A stretch of 64,000 nt of DNA, taken from positions 2,032-66,031 of the forward strand of contig WYAZ01000099.1 in assembly GCA_011526105.1 (NCBI GenBank), given 5' to 3'. The stretch comes from Deltaproteobacteria bacterium (GTDB lineage Bacteria; Myxococcota; Kuafuiibacteriia; Kuafuiibacteriales; Kuafuiibacteriaceae). This document shows, piece by piece, positions 9,785-19,339 of the stretch. The notes under the pieces are model-generated. The model ran no database searches. It was not told the DNA's origin and saw nothing but the letters and a program-made list of their open reading frames with translations. Position numbers and translations under genes: made by a program. The stretch's first letter is position 1. Each line of letters starts with the position of its first letter.

Positions 9785-12718
9785 TCAGGATTCGGTGTCA
9801 CGAGGCTGGGAGGAGGTCTGCAGGTGGAACATGAACCGATCGGCCACAGTCTGGCGCACGTCGTTCGCCATGTCGCGAAATGCCCCGGCCGCCTGCCGCG
9901 TGTACTCGACCCACGGATCTCGCTCGCCGTAGGCTGACAAATGGGCAGCCTCCTTCTGCTGCTCTTGGTGCAGCAGGTGGGCGATCCAGGCCTGGTCGAG
10001 GTTGTAGAGGGTCATGTCCCGCAGGTCCTGGTTGAAGCCGGCATCGTCGCGGCCCAATAGAGCCTTGGCCGCCGCGGTGTACTCCAGAACGAGCTCATCG
10101 GCGTGCTTTAGAAGCTCTCCGAATGACACCGCCTCCTCAGGGGCGCGACTGCCGTCCGGGGTGAGCGTAAAGAGTACGGTCTTGGCCTCGTCGGGGGTCA
10201 GCTTCCTCGAGCGTGGGTCGACCTTCATGAGGTCCCGAGCGAGGCCTTCGAGCCGATCATGGACCCACTCCGTCAAATGAACGGCGAGCTCGGGCGACCT
10301 CAGCACCTGCTGCCGCGTCAGGAGAATGCTGCGCCGCTGACTGCGCAGCACCGCCTCGAGCTTCGTGGACCGACGTCGCTCGACCTCGTTGTTGAGCTCC
10401 GCGCGCTTCTGAGCGTGCGTGACGGCTCCCTCCCACGCGCGCCGGAGCGAGCCGCTCGGCTCCACGATGGCGTCCGTCCCGAGTCGCGACGCGAGCGAGC
10501 GCAGCTTGTGGGCGGGCAGGTACGAGAAGACCTCGTCCGAAAGAGAGACATAGAACCGACTCGAACCCGGGGTGCCTTGGCGCCCCGCACGACCCCGAGC
10601 TTGGTCGTCCTTGCGCGGGTTGGTCTTGTGCTCGACCCCAACCACGCGAAGGCCGCCGAGCTCCTTCACGCCCTCTCCCAACGGAATGTCCACGCCGCGT
10701 CCGGCCATCTGCGTGGCCACGGTGACCGCATCCTTTTGTCCCGCCGCGCCGATGATCGCGGCTTCTTCTTTGTGGGTCTCGGCGTTCAGGGTTCGATGCG
10801 GGATGCCGCTCTGGTGCGCGAGAATGATCTCGGCCGGGAGGCCTTTGGACTCGAGGAAGGCGGCCAGTGCCTTCAGGCCCGCCGGGTCGCCCAACATCAG
10901 GGCTAAGACCTTGGGCACGAGCTCAGCTCTCGCTTCGTCCGTCGATCCGGCCGCCAGCGAATCCGAGAGCGCGCATCCGCCCTCGAGCATCGGCAGCGTC
11001 TTTCGGAGCAGCGGCTCCGAAGACACCACGACCTCCGCGATGGTGTAGAGCGGGTTCGAGAGGCGCTCGGAGACGCGCTTGGAGGCGTTGACATGGATGG
11101 TCGAGACCAGCACCGGCTGGCCGGTCGCGTGTGTCTTCAGTACGTCCGCCACCATCGCCAGATCGCGAATCGCAGGATGCGGGAAGAACGCGTCGGGCTC
11201 ATCCACGCGAGCGATGGGCTTGTTGGTCGGCACCTCGACGATCTGTAGGCCGTAGAGATCTCGAAGTTCCTCTTTTCCGCCGCGTGCGGTGCCCGTGGTC
11301 CCGCCCAGGTGCGGATACGACGTGAAGTAGCCTTGATAGGAGATAATGCCGATGGTGGAGAGCGAGGCTTCGGGCTCTCGCCCTTCCTTGATCAGCACCG
11401 CGTCCTGCAGACCGTGCCTCAGACGTCCGCCCGGGTTGGGGTGGCCTGTGGCGTCATCTACGAGGACGAGTTCACCTTCATCGCGGATGTACTCGCGCCC
11501 CCTGCTGACAGAGTAGCTCGCCTCGAGCGCCTTCTTGACGTGAAACAAGAGCGGCGCGTTTTCGACCTGCCAGACCTCGCTCTGCTCGTCTTTGATCCCG
11601 GTCTTGTTCGCGACGAGGGTCTGCAGACGAGTCATGCCTTCATCGGTCAACTTGGGGAGGCGCTTCTCCCCTTCGAAGTACATCACTACGTTCTCGGGGC
11701 GATCGAGTTCCGCCGCGATCTCGCTCGCCATGCGCAGGACGCCTTGGCGGTCCTCCAGCTTGTCGTTGGGATCGGGCGCACCGCAGAGCACGAGCGGCTG
11801 CTGCGCCGTGTCGAGCAGGACATCGTCGGCCTCATCGACGATCGCGGCGTGGAGCGGGCGCTGCACTCGGTACTCTTCGCGCCACCAGACCTGATCTTCG
11901 AGCCAATCGAAGGCAAAGGTGTTGCAGTGACCGTAGGTGAGGTCCGCCGCGTAGGCCTCCCGCTTCTGTTCGTAGGTTTGAGTGCCGCTCTGCACAACCC
12001 CCACGCGAAGTCCGAGCGCCTCATAGAGCGGCCGAAGGTCCTCCGCATCACGCGCCGCGAGATAGCTGTTGGTGGTCACGACGTGGCAGCCTTTGCCCTC
12101 GAGGGCGAGCAAGGCAGCGGCCAATCCGGCCGACAGCGTCTTGCCTTCGCCGGTCTTGAGCTGCGCGACGTGACCGTCCACGAGGGTCATCGCGGCGAGG
12201 AGCTGAACCTCGTAGTGCTCCTTGCCGAGCGCGCGGCGACTGAACTCACGCATGAGGGCGAACGCCTCCGGCAGGACAGACTTCACCGAGGCGCCGCCCT
12301 GAACCTGAGCCCGAACCGAGTCGAAGCGTGCGCGCAGCGCGACATCGGAGAGAGGGAGCAACGTCGACCGAAGTTCTCGGACGCTCGAGAGCCAGGTGAG
12401 GTAGCGCAGGGGTATCCGGGACTGAAAGCCGGTGTCGAGGCCGAGTGTGAGCGCCAGCGCCCGCACGGCCGAGATCTCGGCCTGGGCCGGCGCGGCCTGG
12501 GACGACCGCGTCTCCACGAGGCTCTGAGCTTTGCCCTCGATCGGGATGGCACTCGAGTTCCCCGCGAGTGTCGGCTCGATGATGGATCGATAGGCCACGC
12601 GCAACTCGTCCGACCGGGCGGCGTCCGTCGTCATCGGGACGGCCGACTCGACCCGAGCGGGCTGACCGACGCTCAGCAGGCCGAGGCCGGGTCTCGTCTT
12701 CGGGCCCTCGGTCTTCAT
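9785..12718 (-). CDS. secA: Divergent SecA-family translocase ATPase (paralogue)
   Basis: Walker A QLKTGEGKT, IVDEADD, PTNKP.R.D, TQMAGRGVDI, RGRAGRQG, YGERDP; no C-terminal SEC-C cysteines; start position uncertain. Confidence 0.85.
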   Translation of the reverse strand: MKTEGPKTRPGLGLLSVGQPARVESAVPMTTDAARSDELRVAYRSIIEPTLAGNSSAIPIEGKAQSLVETRSSQAAPAQAEISAVRALALTLGLDTGFQSRIPLRYLTWLSSVRELRSTLLPLSDVALRARFDSVRAQVQGGASVKSVLPEAFALMREFSRRALGKEHYEVQLLAAMTLVDGHVAQLKTGEGKTLSAGLAAALLALEGKGCHVVTTNSYLAARDAEDLRPLYEALGLRVGVVQSGTQTYEQKREAYAADLTYGHCNTFAFDWLEDQVWWREEYRVQRPLHAAIVDEADDVLLDTAQQPLVLCGAPDPNDKLEDRQGVLRMASEIAAELDRPENVVMYFEGEKRLPKLTDEGMTRLQTLVANKTGIKDEQSEVWQVENAPLLFHVKKALEASYSVSRGREYIRDEGELVLVDDATGHPNPGGRLRHGLQDAVLIKEGREPEASLSTIGIISYQGYFTSYPHLGGTTGTARGGKEELRDLYGLQIVEVPTNKPIARVDEPDAFFPHPAIRDLAMVADVLKTHATGQPVLVSTIHVNASKRVSERLSNPLYTIAEVVVSSEPLLRKTLPMLEGGCALSDSLAAGSTDEARAELVPKVLALMLGDPAGLKALAAFLESKGLPAEIILAHQSGIPHRTLNAETHKEEAAIIGAAGQKDAVTVATQMAGRGVDIPLGEGVKELGGLRVVGVEHKTNPRKDDQARGRAGRQGTPGSSRFYVSLSDEVFSYLPAHKLRSLASRLGTDAIVEPSGSLRRAWEGAVTHAQKRAELNNEVERRRSTKLEAVLRSQRRSILLTRQQVLRSPELAVHLTEWVHDRLEGLARDLMKVDPRSRKLTPDEAKTVLFTLTPDGSRAPEEAVSFGELLKHADELVLEYTAAAKALLGRDDAGFNQDLRDMTLYNLDQAWIAHLLHQEQQKEAAHLSAYGERDPWVEYTRQAAGAFRDMANDVRQTVADRFMFHLQTSSQPRDTES

Positions 12719-12726
12719 GAGAGTCT

Positions 12727-13014
12727 TCAGTTGGCGGCGTCGGACTTCGGCGCCTGCCGGTTCCCAGAGTACACGTCCTGCTGGCCCCACACCTGGCGAA
12801 CCTCGACAACATTGTTGCCCGCGAGCGAGCTGGCGCTGACACAAGCCGTGGCCCCGACAAAGAGGAGGCGCTTGCCGAGCGAGAGGCGCTCCCGGTCGCC
12901 GGCGATCAGGTCATCGATGGTGTCTCGGCGCGACTGCACCTCGGCCGACGGTTGAAAGAGCGCTTCGGGGTTGGCGCGGGCCGAAAGCAGCCGCGATCTG
13001 GCCCAAGCGAGCAT
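12727..13014 (-). CDS. Small hypothetical protein immediately upstream of the secA paralogue
   Basis: 95-aa ORF ending 8 nt before the secA ATG; promoter-like motif just upstream. Confidence 0.4.
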   Translation of the reverse strand: MLAWARSRLLSARANPEALFQPSAEVQSRRDTIDDLIAGDRERLSLGKRLLFVGATACVSASSLAGNNVVEVRQVWGQQDVYSGNRQAPKSDAAN

Positions 13015-13129
13015 GTCTACATGTTCGGCCGAGCGTGGGGATTGTTTCGTCCAACCCCCTAAGGCCGCAAAGAAAACGCGAGCCGCCGGGGCCTTTCCCG
13101 ACCCCGTGGCGAGCGCCGCGTGAAGCGCC

Positions 13130-14047
13130 TCACGTGCGCTCGCGGCCGGGGCTCAGATAGCCGCTGCGCTCGGCGACCCACCGCAGCACGTCCAAAGAGG
13201 AGACAATCCCCGCGACCATACCCTCCGACGAGAGCACCGGGAGCCGGTGAACCCCTTCATACACCATCAGAGCGGCGGCCTGGGCGATGGGGCTGTCTTC
13301 CTGCACCGAGAAGGTCACGGGCGTCATGACGTCGTCGACGGTGGCCGACATCATGCGTTCCACATGGAAGCCGGCGCCGAGCTCGAGCTCGAGCCCCCGC
13401 TTCTCGGAGCGAAGCACCCAGGGGTCCTCGGCCTGGGCCCCGCGCTCGTGCACGTGCCGAACGAGGTCCGACTTCGAGACCACGCCGATACATCCTCCCG
13501 CATCGTTGACCACCGGCACGCCCGAGAGCCCTCGCTCCAGGAGCAAGAGCGTGAGCCCTTCGAGGCTCATCTCGGGGGAGACGGTGATCGGGTTCTTGGT
13601 CATGACCTCCGAGACCGGCGTTCGTGCCGACGGCTCAGGGATGGAGACCTCTGGCAGAGTCTGAGAAGGGGTGGCGAGGCTCCAGCGCCCCGAGCCGATG
13701 GAGTCGAGCCGAACCGGTTCACCAGCCTTGCAGGTCAGGAACGAGCTGCGATCGCGCGGGTCCAGGGCGAGCGTCTCGAAGCTCCCGCAACGCGCGCACT
13801 CATCGATGGTCCGGGTCTCGCCGGAGTCGGGGCAGAAGACCACGAGCCTCTGCTCGAGACGACCGTCAGCGCGAGCAGAGCCGCGGATCTTGACCTGAAG
13901 CGTTCGATGCTCGGGCTCGTCCTCGTTCACATAGTCGGGAACCGGGGCCGCGCCAGGCCGCTCCGGATCCGGCTCAACCGGGAGCAACGTCTGCCGCGGC
14001 GCTGCACCGGGCTGGCTTGGATAACTCGGTGTTCTGTACGTCGTCAT
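13130..14047 (-). CDS. CBS-domain protein with N-terminal Cys-rich domain
   Basis: Two CBS repeats (VMTKNPITV..SGVPVV..GVVSKSDL; VMTPVTFSV..HRLPVL..GIVSSLDVL); N-terminal C-x11-CxxC...C. Confidence 0.85.
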   Translation of the reverse strand: MTTYRTPSYPSQPGAAPRQTLLPVEPDPERPGAAPVPDYVNEDEPEHRTLQVKIRGSARADGRLEQRLVVFCPDSGETRTIDECARCGSFETLALDPRDRSSFLTCKAGEPVRLDSIGSGRWSLATPSQTLPEVSIPEPSARTPVSEVMTKNPITVSPEMSLEGLTLLLLERGLSGVPVVNDAGGCIGVVSKSDLVRHVHERGAQAEDPWVLRSEKRGLELELGAGFHVERMMSATVDDVMTPVTFSVQEDSPIAQAAALMVYEGVHRLPVLSSEGMVAGIVSSLDVLRWVAERSGYLSPGRERT

Positions 14048-14075
14048 GGTTCGCTCCCCTGGGCTGAAACCGGTC

Positions 14076-14091
14076 GCGAAACACATGCCAG
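14076..14091 (-). promoter_or_regulatory. Putative sigma-54 (-24/-12) promoter of the CBS gene
   Basis: Minus strand reads CTGGCATGTGTTTCGC, i.e. GG-N10-GC, about 30 nt upstream of the ATG. Confidence 0.55.
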
Positions 14092-14194
14092 GCCCCTGGG
14101 TTTATTCGGAACCAGGCCCACGCGCAGGATTGGCCGGGTGGCCCTTCTGCTCGAGCTCAAACCGGCAAAGGTTTCGTGTGATATGACGCCTCGC

Positions 14195-14821
14195 TCAGTG
14201 CTCGGCGCCTACGAGGTAGGCCACCGCCAGGTCGGTGAGCTCCTCCACCAGGCTCCCGTCCTCGAGGTTCTCGGGACGTTCGACCAGCACCGCGTGGGTC
14301 ACCGCCAGCACGGTGTTCACCAGGACGTAGCTCGCGAGGTCCAGGTTCTTTGGCCTGAGCTTCTCGGGTCGACTCTCGAGGACGGCGGTTATCGCGACCG
14401 CGAGCTGCTGATTCACGTCGAAGATCGCGGGCAGCTCGCCGATGCGAGGTACCTGCTCCACAAAGACTCGATGGAGCTTGGGATCCAGACGCTTGACCTC
14501 CACCACCACCTCGAGAAGCGCACGCACGTTCTCACGAATGGAGTGACCTTGGTGCTGCCCAAGGCGCGCGGCGATGACTCGGTGCATCTCCGTGCGGTGC
14601 CGCTCGACGAGTGCGGCGACGATCGACTCCTTGCTCGGGAAGTACTGATACAGCGACCCGATGGAGACGCCGGCCTTGGTCGCGATCTTGTTCGTCGTGG
14701 TGGCGTCGTAGCCGTCCTTCACGAGAATCCGAGCCGCCGCGGTCAGGATCGCCTCCACCGTCTCGACGGAACGCGCCTGAAGCGGTCGCTTGCGTGGTTT
14801 TGTGCGGATCTTCGGCGCCAC
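14195..14821 (-). CDS. TetR/AcrR family transcriptional regulator
   Basis: RKRPLQARS..TVEAIL, helix-turn-helix TTNKIATKAGVSIGSLYQYFPSKE. Confidence 0.95.
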   Translation of the reverse strand: MAPKIRTKPRKRPLQARSVETVEAILTAAARILVKDGYDATTTNKIATKAGVSIGSLYQYFPSKESIVAALVERHRTEMHRVIAARLGQHQGHSIRENVRALLEVVVEVKRLDPKLHRVFVEQVPRIGELPAIFDVNQQLAVAITAVLESRPEKLRPKNLDLASYVLVNTVLAVTHAVLVERPENLEDGSLVEELTDLAVAYLVGAEH

Positions 14822-14835
14822 TGTCGTTCCTCCCG

Positions 14836-14872
14836 AATGCGAGCTGAAAATGTGAGCCCAAGCTCATATATT
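14836..14872. promoter_or_regulatory. Putative TetR operator overlapping the P450 -10 element
   Basis: Direct repeat AATGCGAGC/AATGTGAGC; inverted repeat ATGTGAGC-CCAA-GCTCATAT; TATATT 6 nt before the P450 ATG. Confidence 0.55.
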
Positions 14873-14878
14873 ACACCC

Positions 14879-16264
14879 ATGACCTCCGTGACCCGCAGCG
14901 AGACGCCCCGGGTCGGCGACCTGCCCACCCCTCCGACCATGCCCGGCTTGCCGGTGGTCGGTTCGCTCCTGGCCTTTAGGAGGAGCCCGATGGCGAGCTT
15001 TGATGCCGCCAAGAAGCTCGGCGACCTCGTTCGCCTTCGGTTCTTTCATCGACGCGGTTTTCTCGTGAGTCATCCCGATCTCGTAAAGCGTGTGCTCGTC
15101 GACGAGCACCGCCGTTTCGGCAAGCAGACACGCGGCTACCAGAACCTCAGGCTCATCGTGGGCAACGGGCTCCTCACCAGCGAGGGCGAGTTCTGGAAGC
15201 GCCAAAGACGCATCGTGCAGCCGGCCTTTCACCATCGGAGCATCGCCAGCTTCGCGGACACGATGACCGCGTCGACCGAGCGCATGCTCGCATCCTGGCG
15301 AAGTCGAGAGCTTGGACGTGTGGAGATGGAACACGAGATGAGCCGACTCACCCTCGAGATCGTGGGCCGGTGTCTCTTCTCCACCGACCTCTCGGACGCT
15401 TCGGACGCGGTCGGCCCCGCCCTCACCACGGTGCTCGGCATGGCGATGGACCGCATCACTCACGTCCTTCAGATCCCGATGAGCATTCCCACCCCCTTCA
15501 ACCGAAAGCTGATGCACGCGGTGGCCGAGCTCGATCGCGTCGTCCTCGGCATCATCGAGGCGCGACGGCGCAGCACAGAGCGGCCGACGGATCTTCTGTC
15601 GATGTTGCTCGAAGCCAAAGACGAGGACACGAACGAGACGATGTCCGATACGCAGCTTCGGGATGAGCTCATGACCCTCGTGCTCGCCGGGCACGAGACC
15701 ACCGCCAACGCGATGGTCTGGACCTTTCATCTGTTGTCGCAGAATCCAGACGTGCGCGATCGATTGCACGAGGAGCTGAAGAACGAACTCGCTGGCCGAA
15801 GCCCCGAGCTCTCCGATCTAAAACGACTCCCGTACACCGACGCCGTCGTGAAGGAGTCGATGCGCCTGTATCCTCCCGCGTGGATGCTCGGTCGCTCGAC
15901 GAGCGAGGACCTCGAGCTGGGTGGGTTCCACGTCCCGAAGAACTCGATGGTCTTCATCTCGATCTATCATCTCCACCGCGACCCGAGGTTCTGGGCCGAG
16001 CCGGAGAGGTTCAGACCAGAGCGTTTTCTGAACGGGGAGTTTGAGTCGGTGCCGAAGCACGCGTACATCCCGTTCAGCGCGGGGCCGCGGGTCTGCATCG
16101 GAAACGCGTTTGCGGAGATGGAAGCGAAGCTGCTCCTCGCCTCGATCTGTCAGCGAGTGAAGCTCGAGGGCGCAGAGGGACACGTGGTCACCCCCGAGCC
16201 CATGATCACGCTTCGGCCCAAGTATGGCCTACCGATGCAGCTCTCTTGGCGAGTCCGCGACTAG
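14879..16264 (+). CDS. Cytochrome P450
   Basis: AGHETTA I-helix, ESMR (ExxR), FRPERF, PFSAGPRVCIG heme ligand; start at ATG 14879. Confidence 0.95.
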   Translation: MTSVTRSETPRVGDLPTPPTMPGLPVVGSLLAFRRSPMASFDAAKKLGDLVRLRFFHRRGFLVSHPDLVKRVLVDEHRRFGKQTRGYQNLRLIVGNGLLTSEGEFWKRQRRIVQPAFHHRSIASFADTMTASTERMLASWRSRELGRVEMEHEMSRLTLEIVGRCLFSTDLSDASDAVGPALTTVLGMAMDRITHVLQIPMSIPTPFNRKLMHAVAELDRVVLGIIEARRRSTERPTDLLSMLLEAKDEDTNETMSDTQLRDELMTLVLAGHETTANAMVWTFHLLSQNPDVRDRLHEELKNELAGRSPELSDLKRLPYTDAVVKESMRLYPPAWMLGRSTSEDLELGGFHVPKNSMVFISIYHLHRDPRFWAEPERFRPERFLNGEFESVPKHAYIPFSAGPRVCIGNAFAEMEAKLLLASICQRVKLEGAEGHVVTPEPMITLRPKYGLPMQLSWRVRD

Positions 16265-16656
16265 GCGTACCAGCCGTTGGCCGCCATGATGCGTGCCTGG
16301 TTGTACGCCATCATGTACGCCACGTTCTGGCGCGCGCACGGGTGCTCGTAAGCCTGGCTGTGACAGCACTGCTGCGAAGCGTCCGCGAGCTGACGATGGC
16401 TCGTCGCGCAGCCGAAGAGCGCACCGAGCGCGCCGAGCGTGGCCCCGGCCGTGAAAGCGAAGGGGTTACAGAGGAACTGCCCCGCGAAACCTTTCAGCAG
16501 GTTGCCGAAAGGCATGCCGCAGAGGCAGCCCTGCATGAGCGAATTGAAGCCTTGAGTGACGGTGCTGAGCGCCTTGCTCGCGAATCCGACGACGGCGTTG
16601 ATGGCTCCACCCACGACACGACGGACGGTGCGAACGATTCTACGGATGAGTCCCAT
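16261..16656 (-). CDS. Hypothetical small protein with cationic amphipathic N-terminus and many Cys
   Basis: GAGGAGG Shine-Dalgarno before the ATG; 131 aa. Confidence 0.7.
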   Translation of the reverse strand: MGLIRRIVRTVRRVVGGAINAVVGFASKALSTVTQGFNSLMQGCLCGMPFGNLLKGFAGQFLCNPFAFTAGATLGALGALFGCATSHRQLADASQQCCHSQAYEHPCARQNVAYMMAYNQARIMAANGWYA

Positions 16657-16758
16657 GGTTCTTCCTCCTCGAAGCTAAGGCGTTCTCTGGACGCCTGGTC
16701 TCCTGACCTAGGGCCTCCCTGACTGGAGGGGTCTCCAGGCAAGGCACGCCTTAAGTCC

Positions 16759-17301
16759 TTATCGGCCGCTCTTGGGCTTGGGTTGCGTGCTTTGTGCTTT
16801 GGCCGCGACTTTTTGGTGTTCGGTGCTGCGTTGCGCCAAAAGCTGCTGCTTGAGCACGCCGCCCGCGGCCGAATCCCCCTTTGCGCCCGGGGGCTTGACC
16901 GGTGGCGCGACATTCGGACCGGCCCGGGTGGTGGCGCCTCCGATGGCCGCGCTCAGCTTCTTCTTGCGGGCTTCGTCTTGGCTCTTCAGCTCGACGGCAT
17001 CGGAAACGACGTCCGCCTGGACCGTGAGATCGATCTCTCCGCTCTCGACCGCCTCGAGCCACGCCTTGACCTCGGCTTCGCTGGGCACCTGGTCACCGAG
17101 GCTCGCGACGCTCTCGTCGTCGAGCACCTGGAGCATGGGCTCCTTTTCGGGGTGCTGAGCAAAGTCGATGATCATCTCCACGTACTCGGCCAGCTCCATG
17201 CCGAGGTTCTTGGCGATCTCTTTGGTCTCCGCGTGGTCCAGGAGTCGCTGCCGTACGACATCCGCCTGGATTCCTAGTGCTTTTCTGGGGCCCTCAGCCA
17301 T
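16759..17301 (-). CDS. Hypothetical protein
   Basis: GGAGG Shine-Dalgarno before ATG 17301; helical acidic N-terminal domain with low-complexity basic tail. Confidence 0.75.
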   Translation of the reverse strand: MAEGPRKALGIQADVVRQRLLDHAETKEIAKNLGMELAEYVEMIIDFAQHPEKEPMLQVLDDESVASLGDQVPSEAEVKAWLEAVESGEIDLTVQADVVSDAVELKSQDEARKKKLSAAIGGATTRAGPNVAPPVKPPGAKGDSAAGGVLKQQLLAQRSTEHQKVAAKAQSTQPKPKSGR

Positions 17302-17516
17302 GCACGCCTCCGTCCGCCCAAAGGCCGGACCAGGCCCGAAGATAGCACAACCTCTGGACACCCGCCTTTTTGCGAGCGGGCGTTCCAGGTGTCTGAGTTT
17401 GCGGGGGAAAAGCTCTGTCATGATGGGGCCGAAGGCGCACGAGTGGGGAGCGCTCGCCTCGGCACCCGACCAGATCGCCGCTGGGTCGGGACCAACGGGC
17501 TCCGTGGGGCTGCTCC

Positions 17517-18947
17517 TCACTCCGAGCAGGCGAGCTGGGTCTCGATGAACATCACCGAACGTCCGGACGGATCATCGTCCTCGAAGTCCGCCACGAGCAG
17601 CGTGCTGGTCCCGGAGAACGGGGCGATGAGGCGAGTGCTCCGCCGATTGCGGGTGGCCACCGAGTCGCAGATACCACGAAGCGGCTGGTAGGCTTCGACC
17701 TGAGCGCGCATCCCGAGGATGAGATTTCCCTCGAACTCGAGCAGCTTGATCATGCGCTCCTTCCCGTAGGCAAGGAAGGTCGTCCACGGACCCTCGATGC
17801 TTGGCGCCCCGAGGATACCGGTCGACTCCATGGAAAGTAGTATCCCGTGCTCCTGGCTGCGCAGACCGCCCAATATGCGCAACGATCCGAGCAACGGAGG
17901 TGCCTCCAAGCTCTCGACCCGAGTCCCGTCGAAGTAGAGAAGCTCGTTCGTGTGCTGAAACGCGGCGGCTCGACCAGGATCGAGCCACAGAACACCTCCG
18001 CTCGAGCGCCGATCGAGCGGATTCGAAGGTCCATCCCCGGCGAGACGACCGAGCTCAGTCCAGCTCTCGCCGTCGAAGCGCAGGAAAGCTCGCTGAGCGG
18101 TGAGCGCAAAGAGTTCGAACGGGACGCCGGGCTCCGAAGGCCCGGTGAGGTGAAAGATGGGGTCCGCGACCGTAGCGACGTCGTCGCGGGAGATGAGACA
18201 CGGGCCAGGGAGATCGAGCGCGCTCTCCTCGATCATGACCACCGACCCATCGCCGAGCGCCACCCAGTGACGACCCGTCGAGTCCGGCCAGCTCGTATTG
18301 GGCGGACGCTCGACCGGGAGCGAACAACCCAAAGCCTGTGTGCCGTCGCTACGAAATAGAACGACGACTCCGCCGGCGGTAAAGCCCGCCAAGCGACCGT
18401 CGGTGAGCGGGTCGACCGAACGGATGAAGGTGGAGGTCTCGAGGTCGGTGAGGCGCGCGGTCAGATCGAGGCACCTCTGATCGCAGCGAAGCATTCGATC
18501 CGGCAGCAGCCCATCGAGCACGGCGAGAAGCCTTGGGTCATCCTCGGTGAGCAGCTCGGGAGCACCATCCTCCTCGAGCCCGACGCGCCAGGCAGAGAGC
18601 GGGACCCCGAGCGCGCAGCTCCGCGTGCAGTCGACACGCACTTCAACCCCTCCAGGGTTGAGGCCGAGCTCGCTGAGGGGTTCGCGATAATAGACTACGA
18701 CGAGCTCGCGAGCGTTCGAGCGCGCGAGTGCCCGAAGTGGAGCCCGAGGGTCGTCGTGGGCGGAGACCTGAAGACCCTCGGGTTCCATGATCGCAACCAC
18801 CGCGCTCTGAGCCTCTTCTGGGGGGGTGAGTGCCTTGACGATCGGGTCCGGGCTCGTGCACGCCACCGCGGTCAGGACGGCGAACACGAGGCCCACGCGG
18901 CTCGAGCGGAGACAACACGGTCGCCATCGGTGCAGACTCGCGCTCAT
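17517..18947 (-). CDS. Hypothetical lipoprotein with beta-propeller-like C-terminal domain
   Basis: VLTAVAC lipobox; RFDGESW and YFDG blade-like motifs; start uncertain. Confidence 0.6.
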   Translation of the reverse strand: MSASLHRWRPCCLRSSRVGLVFAVLTAVACTSPDPIVKALTPPEEAQSAVVAIMEPEGLQVSAHDDPRAPLRALARSNARELVVVYYREPLSELGLNPGGVEVRVDCTRSCALGVPLSAWRVGLEEDGAPELLTEDDPRLLAVLDGLLPDRMLRCDQRCLDLTARLTDLETSTFIRSVDPLTDGRLAGFTAGGVVVLFRSDGTQALGCSLPVERPPNTSWPDSTGRHWVALGDGSVVMIEESALDLPGPCLISRDDVATVADPIFHLTGPSEPGVPFELFALTAQRAFLRFDGESWTELGRLAGDGPSNPLDRRSSGGVLWLDPGRAAAFQHTNELLYFDGTRVESLEAPPLLGSLRILGGLRSQEHGILLSMESTGILGAPSIEGPWTTFLAYGKERMIKLLEFEGNLILGMRAQVEAYQPLRGICDSVATRNRRSTRLIAPFSGTSTLLVADFEDDDPSGRSVMFIETQLACSE

Positions 18948-19021
18948 GGAGCATCCGGCCGACACGCGATCCGAGCATCGCAGGCCGAGGACCCGAACAC
19001 CAGCCCAGCTCCACCGAGTCG

Positions 19022-19267
19022 TCAGCGGTTCGAGACGTGCCGAGTCCAGTCCGCGTGCGCTCGGCCGCCGTTGCCAGCGGCGTAGGCGTCCGTCGCCTGA
19101 CGGATCTGCCTCTCGGCTCGCTGCTGAAAGGCGGCGTCCGACTCCCCCTGCAGCCGATACACGGCGTTGCTCTGGCCCCCGATCGAGCCCTCGTAGGGCT
19201 TGACGGAGTAGCTGATGGAATCCGAGGTGTCGTAGCGGGGACGGTTGTCGACTGAATAGCTTCCCAT
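19022..19267 (-). CDS. Small hypothetical protein (81 aa)
   Basis: AAGGAG Shine-Dalgarno before the ATG; fills an intergenic gap. Confidence 0.6.
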   Translation of the reverse strand: MGSYSVDNRPRYDTSDSISYSVKPYEGSIGGQSNAVYRLQGESDAAFQQRAERQIRQATDAYAAGNGGRAHADWTRHVSNR

Positions 19268-19339
19268 GTGGGCTCCTTCTGATGCGCGAAGTGGGTTCAC
19301 CCAAACGAGCGGGTTGTGGGGGCAGAGAGCGCCCCGTGT

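Noticed and set aside
11309-12955. Long opposite-strand ORFs (also 24879-26687, 28300-29856, 45261-46859, 61755-62873)
   Set aside because: Antisense shadows of well-supported genes, expected in high-GC DNA
13247-14878. Apparent 544-aa N-terminal extension making a 1005-aa P450
   Set aside because: It is the antisense shadow of the CBS and TetR genes; P450 similarity begins at ATG 14879
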